Positions 11,051-17,608 of a stretch of 64,000 bases of DNA are shown piece by piece (position 1 is the first letter of the stretch; each line of letters begins with the position of its first letter). Source of the DNA: Candidatus Cloacimonadales bacterium (lineage in GTDB: Bacteria > Cloacimonadota > Cloacimonadia > Cloacimonadales > JAIOQZ01). Location: positions 3,330,864 through 3,394,863 of the forward strand of contig OY771587.1 in the NCBI GenBank assembly GCA_963674825.1, in the 5' to 3' direction. The notes below the pieces were generated by a model. That model had not been told where the DNA came from. It saw only the letters and a program-made list of their open reading frames with translations, and made no database searches. Made by a program: the position numbers and the translations under genes.

Positions 11051-11064
11051 GAACGTTTTCGTTC
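11051..11064. promoter_or_regulatory. 14-bp palindrome GAACGTTTTCGTTC, candidate enhancer (UAS) for the adjacent sigma-54 activator
   Basis: 5+4+5 inverted repeat centred 72.5 bp upstream of the -24 GG of the promoter at 10971..10986. A near-identical copy sits at 14368..14381. Confidence 0.5.
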
Positions 11065-11141
11065 GAATTGGGCGATATCGTTCAGCGCTATATTGAAAAA
11101 TATTGACGCATTCGTTCGCTGTATGTTCTCATGGAATCAAT

Positions 11142-12989
11142 ATGAATCAGTCACCAGATGAAGCACAAACACATGCACGCGATTTAATCGCACAGGCTTA
11201 TCGGCTTATGAACAGCGATCCGCCAGGGTGCATCCGCCTTTCGGAAGAAGCGCTGAATGTGTCCCATGAAATCGGTTTCGCGGTTGGCGAGGGCATGGCA
11301 CTGATGCACATCGGGTTGGGGTATTTCCATCAGAGTAATTTTCAGGAAGCGCAGAAGTACTACCTTGAGGCGGAGCCTATATTGCGGCGCGAAGAATACT
11401 GGTATGGTCTGCGGTGTGTCTACAATAATTTGGGTGTTACCTATCGACAATGGGGCGATCATCAGAGAGCGCTTGAGTATTATAAGCAAAATCTTGATCT
11501 CGAAGACCGTTTTCCAATTCCCAAACTGCAATGCACAATTTTGTATAATCTCAGCACAATCTATCTTGATCTGGAAGATGAGGAAATCGCCAGAGAATAT
11601 CTGATGGAAGCCCTGAAGCTTGCTGAAGAACATGGGATTGTCTCATCATTGGCGCTGGGATATAAAAGTTTGGGACAATACTACCGACGAATTGGTGATT
11701 TTCATGGTGCTCACGAGTGTTTCGAGAAATCCAGAGCAGCTTACGAACAGACTGGGGACAAATCCGGTCTGTCTCATCTCTGTCAGGCGATCGCCTATCT
11801 CTATTATGACGAGGATCGTCTGGATGATTCACTCGAAGTCCTGGAGGAGGGCATGCGCCTGGCTCTTGAGATAGGTGAAAAACAGCAACAGGCCTCGCAT
11901 CATTTCACGTTTGCCCGTACCTATTACGTTACCAGAGATCTAAAGAAGCTGATAGAGCATCTCGATGAGTGTATCCGAATCTCGGAGGAGGGTATTTACC
12001 GGACATACCTTATCAATGCGCTGGAATTGAAAATCAAGGTATGCGAAGACGAGAATGACTATAAAGCGGCTCTCGAATTGACCCGCAAGCGCCAAGCTCA
12101 TCTGGATTACCTGAATGAAGAGAAACGAAACCGTGCGATCGAGGAAATCAAGACCCGGCTACAGGTTCAGAGACGGGAGCACGAAGCCGAAGTTCTTCGA
12201 TTAAAGACCATCGACCTGACGCAGCGTGTGGAAGAAGAGGTGAAAAAACGTGAGATCCAGCAGCATCTGCTCATCCAGAAATCGAAAATGGAATCGCTGG
12301 GGCGTCTGGCAGCCGGTATCGCCCATGAAATTAATCAACCGCTTGGAATGCTGAATATCGGACTTCAGAACCTGTACAACAAACTGAATAACGAAAAAGT
12401 GACCCCCGACTATCTGGATAAAAAGCAAAACCTGATGAACGAACACATCGAGCGGATCAAGAAGATTATCGAGCATATCAGGTTATTCTCGCGCGAGCAA
12501 CAGTCCAGCGCAATCCGGTTGCTGGATGTACGGGAAGTGCTCAACAACACCCTCTCGATGATGCTGGTTCAATGCGGCGAGCACAATATCCGGCTGAACG
12601 TAAAGACCGGAGATGAGCCGGCGTTGGTTCTGGGCAATCCATACCGGCTGGAGCAGGTGCTCCTGAATCTGATTGCGAACGCCAAGGACGCGCTGGATGA
12701 GAAATTCGACCGGTTTGACGACGCGAAGCTCATCACGATAACATGCCGGAAAGATGGAACTCGAATCCGGTTGAAAGTGACGGATAACGGACCCGGTATC
12801 GAAGAAGAGTATCTTCAGTCCGTTTTCGAGCCGTTCTTTACTACGAAAGACGAAATGAAGGGCACTGGACTGGGTCTTTCGATCTGTTACGGCATCATAC
12901 AGGAAATGGGCGGGACGATAACCTGCGAAAGTACTCAGGGTGAATCCACCACTTTCGATATCGAGCTTCCGGCATTGGAGAATTCATGA
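11142..12989 (+). CDS. Cytoplasmic TPR-repeat sensor histidine kinase
   Basis: The ORF track gives 11103 (TTG) as start; the first in-frame ATG is 11142. The N-terminal ~330 aa are TPR-like (YNNLGVTYRQWGDHQRALEYYKQNL etc). They are followed by a coiled coil, an H-box AAGIAHEINQPL, and HATPase motifs (NLIANAKDA, DNGPGI, GTGLGLSICYGIIQEMGG). No hydrophobic TM segment is evident. Confidence 0.85.
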   Translation: MNQSPDEAQTHARDLIAQAYRLMNSDPPGCIRLSEEALNVSHEIGFAVGEGMALMHIGLGYFHQSNFQEAQKYYLEAEPILRREEYWYGLRCVYNNLGVTYRQWGDHQRALEYYKQNLDLEDRFPIPKLQCTILYNLSTIYLDLEDEEIAREYLMEALKLAEEHGIVSSLALGYKSLGQYYRRIGDFHGAHECFEKSRAAYEQTGDKSGLSHLCQAIAYLYYDEDRLDDSLEVLEEGMRLALEIGEKQQQASHHFTFARTYYVTRDLKKLIEHLDECIRISEEGIYRTYLINALELKIKVCEDENDYKAALELTRKRQAHLDYLNEEKRNRAIEEIKTRLQVQRREHEAEVLRLKTIDLTQRVEEEVKKREIQQHLLIQKSKMESLGRLAAGIAHEINQPLGMLNIGLQNLYNKLNNEKVTPDYLDKKQNLMNEHIERIKKIIEHIRLFSREQQSSAIRLLDVREVLNNTLSMMLVQCGEHNIRLNVKTGDEPALVLGNPYRLEQVLLNLIANAKDALDEKFDRFDDAKLITITCRKDGTRIRLKVTDNGPGIEEEYLQSVFEPFFTTKDEMKGTGLGLSICYGIIQEMGGTITCESTQGESTTFDIELPALENS

Positions 12990-14365
12990 AACAACTCAAT
13001 ATTCTCATCGTCGATGACGAACAGGGTTATCTGGATGAGATCAGTGAATATCTAACCGATTGCGACTTCAGTACATTCACGGCCGGAACACCAAAGGAAG
13101 CTCTCGCGATCGTCAAACAACAGCAGGTCGATATTGCAATCGTCGATTTGAAGCTGCCGCAGATGAATGGGATCGAATTAATGCGGCAAATACTTGGCAT
13201 CGATGACTCGATCGCGATCATCATGATAAGCGGTCACGGCGATATCGACAGTGTCATCGAAGCGATGCGCGCCGGAGCTACAGATTTCTTCCCGAAACCT
13301 TTCAACCTGACAGATATCAGGATTTCCATCGAGCGCACCCGCAAATATGTGGATTTATCGCATAAACTCAATACTGCTCAAAACACGGTGGATGTTCTCA
13401 AATGTACACTGGAGAAGGAGGGACGGCATCCTATCGTAGCACAAAGCGATGCGATGAAGACCATCGTGCAGCAGATGCGACAGGTAGCGAACCAGCCTTA
13501 CTTCGACGTGCTGATCACCGGTGAGAGTGGTACTGGAAAAGAACTCGTCGCAAGAGGAATCCATCATTTGGACGAGACGACGAACGGAGTGTTTTACGAT
13601 ATCAATTGCACCGCGATCCCTGAAACGCTGTTCGAAAGCGAATTCTTCGGCCATGAAAAGAACGCGTTCACGGGTGCGCAAACCACGAGAAAGGGTTGCT
13701 TCGAACTTGCCAACGGTGGTACGCTCTTTCTGGATGAAATCGGAGATATGCCGTTGTCCATGCAGGTCAAGCTACTCAGAGCATTGGAAGAACGACGTAT
13801 TCGTAGGATCGGCGCACCGCGGGACATCCAATTGAACCTGCGGGTAATCGCATCGACGAATCGAGACCTTCGCAGCCTTATACAGCAGGGGATATTCCGG
13901 CAGGACCTGTACTTCAGATTGAATCGCTTTGGTTTGCATATTCCACCGTTGCGTCACAGAACGGATGATATACCGCCTCTTATGGATTTCTTCGGCATGA
14001 ACACCGCCAGGGATATGAAACGCGATGCCTTGCCCATTGCGAAATCGGTACGGAACCGACTCGTTAAATATCCCTTCCCGGGCAATATTCGCGAACTGAG
14101 AAACATGATCGAAAAGGCAAATATTCTTGCGGGAGCGGATGCCGCAGAACTGGATGAAAAATGCTTCCCCGATCTGTTTCAATTCGACCCTCTGTATAGC
14201 CCGGTATACGACGGCTTGAACCTCCAACGACTGGAGGAGATTGAAGCACAGATGATCCGGAAAGCCCTCGAGCAAGCTGTGGGAAACAAGACTCGGGCTG
14301 CGGAACTGCTCGGAATCACCCGAACCAGTCTCAACCGACGAATCGCGAAATACACCTTAGAATAA
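12986..14365 (+). CDS. Sigma-54-dependent response regulator (REC + AAA+ + Fis-type HTH; NtrC family)
   Basis: ATGA start/stop overlap with the kinase gene. REC domain (ILIVDDE..., DIAIVDLKLPQMNG). AAA+ motifs are GESGTGKE, the GAFTGA loop (NAFTGAQ), ESEFFGH and the arginine-finger region. The C-terminal HTH is GNKTRAAELLGITRTSLNRRI. Confidence 0.93.
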   Translation: MKQLNILIVDDEQGYLDEISEYLTDCDFSTFTAGTPKEALAIVKQQQVDIAIVDLKLPQMNGIELMRQILGIDDSIAIIMISGHGDIDSVIEAMRAGATDFFPKPFNLTDIRISIERTRKYVDLSHKLNTAQNTVDVLKCTLEKEGRHPIVAQSDAMKTIVQQMRQVANQPYFDVLITGESGTGKELVARGIHHLDETTNGVFYDINCTAIPETLFESEFFGHEKNAFTGAQTTRKGCFELANGGTLFLDEIGDMPLSMQVKLLRALEERRIRRIGAPRDIQLNLRVIASTNRDLRSLIQQGIFRQDLYFRLNRFGLHIPPLRHRTDDIPPLMDFFGMNTARDMKRDALPIAKSVRNRLVKYPFPGNIRELRNMIEKANILAGADAAELDEKCFPDLFQFDPLYSPVYDGLNLQRLEEIEAQMIRKALEQAVGNKTRAAELLGITRTSLNRRIAKYTLE

Positions 14366-14367
14366 AC

Positions 14368-14381
14368 GAACGCTTTCGTTC
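14368..14381. promoter_or_regulatory. Second copy of the palindrome (GAACGCTTTCGTTC), candidate UAS; may double as a weak terminator hairpin
   Basis: Same 5+4+5 inverted repeat as at 11051..11064. It lies 3 nt after the regulator stop codon. After subtracting the IS (1035 bp) and its 8-bp duplication, its centre is 71.5 bp from the -24 GG of the promoter at 15488. Confidence 0.5.
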
Positions 14382-14414
14382 ACTTTCTGTCTCGATCATA
14401 CCACGGGCATCCTT

Positions 14415-14422
14415 TCTAATCT
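14415..14422. repeat. Target-site duplication, left copy (TCTAATCT)
   Basis: Identical 8-mer directly abuts both IS ends (14415..14422 and 15458..15465). Confidence 0.85.
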
Positions 14423-15457
14423 GGCTTAATGGACAAAATGGTTGCTATTTCGCCAGAATTTCATCGATCATTTTACGTTTTCTCCATGGTTTAATGCCCG
14501 GATGATTTCTCAGCTTTCTTTTCAGCATTGAGAATGTCCCTTCCAGAGAATTCGTGGTGTTAGGGATGCCTCGATCTGGGTAATCCTGATAAATGAATAG
14601 GAAAGGGAGATTCGTTTTTAAGCTTCTGATTGCGCTACGTAATCTCCGATGAGTATAGTGCCATTTTCCAGTTTCCAGATTGAAGGTTTTCTCTCGTAGG
14701 AAAGATTTCCATTGCTGTTCCCACATCGAAAGCATAGCTTCAAATTCATGACGAGTAGAATGAGATAAATGCCCTACAATTTCCTTCAATTCTTTACCTG
14801 CTTCAAGCTTTGGATTGCGAGTTAGATATCGAGTAATGATCTGTACCTGATGGAATTGACACATTTGTACAGGGATATCGCTAAAGGCATGAAAAAGCCC
14901 TCGTTTCCCATCACAAGCGATTCCCAGGATTTCCCATGATCTACTCTGCAACCACCGAATGCCTTCAATATAGTCCTTCAATGACTCATGTTTCACATAA
15001 ACCCAGAGCAGATTTTTCCGACTCAGCTCATCGCGAAAAACCATGACACCAAAGCCGCGTCCAAAATAACTGGTGTCCATAACGATCACGCATTTACCTT
15101 TCTCATGTAGTTGGATATCGACGGTGACTTTATCGAGTTTGCGTCGAATAGTTCGAGTTGATATCCCATATCGATCACCGAGGTTTTCGAGTGTCTGATT
15201 GCCATGAACATGATCATTCCACAAGTGGATAATCAGATCATTCTCAGAACGCTTGGTATTCGCAAATACACTGTGACAATCATGGCAAAGGTATCGCTGA
15301 GCTCGACATCTTTTACCGTTTTTTTCGTCCTATACGAGCCACATTTGGGGCAGCGTTTTCGAGTCATTTCTGTGCTCCTACATAAAAACTTGGATTTAAA
15401 TGACTCGATATAAATGAGATAGATATGATTTCAGCAACCTTTTTTGTCTATTAGACC
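14423..15457 (-). mobile_element. Complete insertion sequence (1035 bp), IS1-family-like
   Basis: Imperfect terminal inverted repeats GGCTTAATGGACAAAATGGTTGC (14423..14445) and rc GGTCTAATAGACAAAAAAGGTTGC (15457..15434), about 19/24 identical. Flanked by an 8-bp direct repeat. Encodes a Zn-ribbon + DDE transposase split at an A7 run. The size, GG ends, 8-bp TSD and A-run frameshift all fit IS1-type elements. The family call is by analogy, not by search. Confidence 0.8.
14445..15367 (-). CDS. Transposase in two frames: orfA 15367..15233 (44 aa, Zn-ribbon start) and orfB to 14445, joined by a -1 shift at A7 (15325..15319)
   Basis: orfA starts with AGGAG-N6-ATG and reads MTRKRCPKCGSYRTKK. A -1 slip on AAAAAAAC gives ...KKNGKRCRAQRYLCHDCHSVFANTKRSENDLIIHLWNDHV..., which completes a CxxC...CxxC ribbon and runs into the 259-aa track ORF. 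Candidate DDE residues are DTSYF, CDGKRG and NSLEG. It is either programmed frameshifting as in IS1 InsAB', or a homopolymer frameshift mutation or sequencing error. Confidence 0.75.
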
Positions 15458-15465
15458 TCTAATCT
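15458..15465. repeat. Target-site duplication, right copy (TCTAATCT)
   Basis: See 14415..14422. The native sequence also carries TCTAATCTCA twice, 20 bp apart (15458..15467 and 15478..15487), directly upstream of the -24 element. Confidence 0.85.
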
Positions 15466-15487
15466 CAATTTTTCGATCTAATCTCAC

Positions 15488-15503
15488 TGGCACTTGGTTT
15501 GCA
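15488..15503 (+). promoter_or_regulatory. Sigma-54 promoter (perfect consensus TGGCAC-ttggt-TTGCA)
   Basis: Exact match to TGGCAC-N5-TTGCA. It lies 23 nt upstream of the ATG at 15526, with GAGG at 15517..15520, and 31 bp to the right of the IS end. Confidence 0.75.
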
Positions 15504-15525
15504 TGTATCCGATCATGAGGTAATC

Positions 15526-15837
15526 ATGATCTTGATGTATCATACACATACAGAAAATGCGCAGGAGATCGCCGAATTGATTCAAGACAGCGATCAGGAG
15601 ATCCAAATTGTGAATGACATCTGTACGTTGGTTTCAAGGCTTAAAACAAGCTCGGTCAGCAAACTGTACTTTCAGGTAAGAGGTCTTTCGGATTTCCGTA
15701 CGCTGGATATGCTGCTGTCCATTTCACCTGATCTTGATATTTCGCTTCTGGTTAAACCAGAAATGGAGAAGCTGCTGACACTTATGCAAACAATTTCGTT
15801 TGAAATTCTTCCAACCGAAGATGTTCTGGTGAAATAG
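15526..15837 (+). CDS. Small hypothetical protein (103 aa), possibly a degenerate receiver-like (flavodoxin-fold) protein
   Basis: The track ORF starts at 15499 (TTG) inside the promoter, so I re-called the start to ATG 15526 behind GAGG. The alternating beta/alpha pattern resembles REC, but the acidic pocket is absent (MILMYHTH instead of xxDD; KLYFQVRG instead of DxxxxD). Confidence 0.4.
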   Translation: MILMYHTHTENAQEIAELIQDSDQEIQIVNDICTLVSRLKTSSVSKLYFQVRGLSDFRTLDMLLSISPDLDISLLVKPEMEKLLTLMQTISFEILPTEDVLVK

Positions 15838-15840
15838 AAA

Positions 15841-16373
15841 CTATTTTATAATGTCGCTCAATTTGTCTACAATCTTGATAAATGCAATATCGGTCATGTA
15901 TGCCTTAAGCCGATAAGACCAGATGAAATAAACGCATGGCTTGGGAAGTAATGTGAGCCTACAGGGCTCTGTATAAGGAAAAAGGTGTGGAAGCTGATAC
16001 CGCTCCTTTGTTGATAAGCGAGGGGTGTCATTTATCAGACGCGAAAAGAGCGAAGAATCCAATGAAATATTGATGAACGTCCTTTGCCAGTCTGCAAAGC
16101 ATCTCTTACTCTGAACAATTTTCGAAAAAGGCCCTGGCAGAAAACGTGGTTGTTCTTTTTCAAAATGTCATACGTCATGACAATTGCATGATTCGAATTG
16201 CAATATTGCAAGAATCCCAATCTCGCATTCAAAAATTGAAACAGGTCTCGAATTCCATCTTTGATTAACTCTTTGCAAATGAATATATTGGAAATCCAGA
16301 TCGTCTCCCGGTATTCGAATGGCACAAATCTTACAAGTATGAATGTTCGAAAAGAAAAAAGGTGGTGTAACAA
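15841..16373 (-). pseudogene. Probable decayed 3' fragment of an IS4/IS5-type (DDE_Tnp_1-like) transposase, split over two frames
   Basis: Two overlapping minus-strand ORFs in different frames (16373..16035 and 16062..15841), with no plausible N-terminus. FEYRETIWISNIFICKELIK resembles the Y-x2-R-x3-E-x6-K / YRxRWxIExFFKxLK C-terminal signature, but with substitutions and an indel. The segment is AT-rich. Confidence 0.3.
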
Positions 16374-17533
16374 TGATTCAAAAGATAGTGTTTGCTTTTC
16401 TGATCATGGCTTTGTCAATTGCAGGATTGTCAGGAAATAAATGCCTGCAATTCGACGGCACAAACGATTTTATAATAATCGATGATCAAATTTCATTCAG
16501 TGGAGCTTACACCATCGAAGCGTGGTTCTACTCACAAACTTCGGGTGAGCAAAATATCTTATCAGCAACGAATAGTGACAACCAGCATGGTATCATTATC
16601 GCAATTGATAGTGGTAACAGATATCGCTTTCTCCATCGCGATCCTTCTGGCTCGAGTGGCGAACGCAATATCAGGGTAGGTGCGAGTAACTTCGTAAATA
16701 ACTGGCATCATATTGCTGCTGTATTTGATGGCAGCAGCACGTTCTTATATCTTGATGGTGCTGTCATCGGCAGTATGACAGGTGCAAGCGCTTTTTCTTC
16801 CTCCATGAACATCACCATGGGGAGATTAACCCCCATTAATTCTGCGCGTTATTTCAACGGTATGCTCGATGAAGTCCGCATCTGGAACATAGCTCGCACG
16901 CAGACAGAAATCCAGGAGTTGATGAACACAGAGCTTACGGGAGATGAAACGGGACTGGTCGCATATTATTCGTACAACCAGGAAAGCGGAGATGTTCTTG
17001 AAGACGCCACAGCGAACGTTAACGACGGTACACTGTATAATTTCACGCTGCCAGAGGCATGGGTGACATCCACTGCGCCAAACCATTTTCCACCGGGCAA
17101 CTACCTCGGTTTTGACGGCATTGATGATTATGTGGAAATACCATATACCGATTCGCTGGACTTGACTGGTGATATGACCATCGAGCTTTGGGTACGGTTC
17201 GATTCGCTTGCTTATGATCCGCAGTGTCTCTTTGCGAAAGGTGATTACGATTCCGAAGCATATTCGATGATGCTGAGTTCGGATAGTCTATTGAAGTTTC
17301 ATACTGGCAGCATGACACTGGAATATCATTGGGCTGATCTTGTAGCCCATGATTGGAATCATATTGCTGTTGCTTGCAACGGTGACAGCACGAAAATCTA
17401 TATCAACGGTCATCTGAAAGTTGCTTACCTGGAAGGGACTATTTCCACCAATAATGAAATGCTTCGATTGGGCGGAAGTTCCGGGGCAGATACTTATCCG
17501 CTAAATGGTGGAATCGACGAATTTCGCGTCTGA
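16373..17533 (+). CDS. LamG-domain secreted protein: upstream part of a longer frame that ends at an in-frame TGA
   Basis: Start re-called to ATG 16373 (GGTGGTG RBS). Signal peptide MIQKIVFAFLIMALSIAGLSG. LamG signature LDEVRIWNIARTQTEIQEL. It ends ...GGIDEFRV-TGA, exactly where the motif requires Trp. Confidence 0.8.
   Translation: MIQKIVFAFLIMALSIAGLSGNKCLQFDGTNDFIIIDDQISFSGAYTIEAWFYSQTSGEQNILSATNSDNQHGIIIAIDSGNRYRFLHRDPSGSSGERNIRVGASNFVNNWHHIAAVFDGSSTFLYLDGAVIGSMTGASAFSSSMNITMGRLTPINSARYFNGMLDEVRIWNIARTQTEIQELMNTELTGDETGLVAYYSYNQESGDVLEDATANVNDGTLYNFTLPEAWVTSTAPNHFPPGNYLGFDGIDDYVEIPYTDSLDLTGDMTIELWVRFDSLAYDPQCLFAKGDYDSEAYSMMLSSDSLLKFHTGSMTLEYHWADLVAHDWNHIAVACNGDSTKIYINGHLKVAYLEGTISTNNEMLRLGGSSGADTYPLNGGIDEFRV
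17531..17533 (+). other. In-frame TGA at a conserved Trp position, joining ORF 16373..17533 and ORF 17609..20875 (same frame)
   Basis: 17609-16343 = 1266 = 3 x 422, so both track ORFs are in one frame with a single stop between them. Read through, the sequence gives IDEFRV[*]NVVRTQEQIYDNRYNQLPVDEPGLVMYYRFDQG. This parallels LDEVRIWNIARTQTEIQELMNTELTGDETGLVAYYSYNQ in the same protein. Confidence 0.9.
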
Positions 17534-17608
17534 AATGTAGTCCGAACGCAAGAGCAGATATATGATAACCGATACAATCAACTGCCGGTAGACGAGCCCG
17601 GCCTGGTT

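Noticed and set aside
15499-15525. Track start (TTG 15499) for the small ORF, and similar upstream alternative starts (11103, 21007, 24197, 35587, 47212, 51614, 54976, 35387 minus-strand)
   Set aside because: In each case the upstream start lacks an RBS or overlaps a promoter element. A downstream ATG has a clear Shine-Dalgarno and, where relevant, begins a proper signal peptide, so the starts were re-called.
16320-16335. Sigma-54-like motif TGGCAC-aaatc-TTACA 38 nt upstream of the LamG gene start
   Set aside because: The invariant GC of the -12 element is AC. No GAACG...CGTTC or other palindrome is present at enhancer distance, and it lies inside the transposase remnant. It may be a chance -24 half-site, and is worth re-testing only if RNA-seq shows a start near 16346.
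17531-17533. Genome-wide TGA reassignment (code 4 or 25) or selenocysteine at the in-frame TGA
   Set aside because: TGA clearly terminates several well-supported genes here (12987..12989, 22675..22677, 30468..30470, 41446..41448). The position aligns with Trp, not Cys/Sec, and I see no SECIS-like hairpin immediately downstream. It is kept as a local nonsense or readthrough finding instead.
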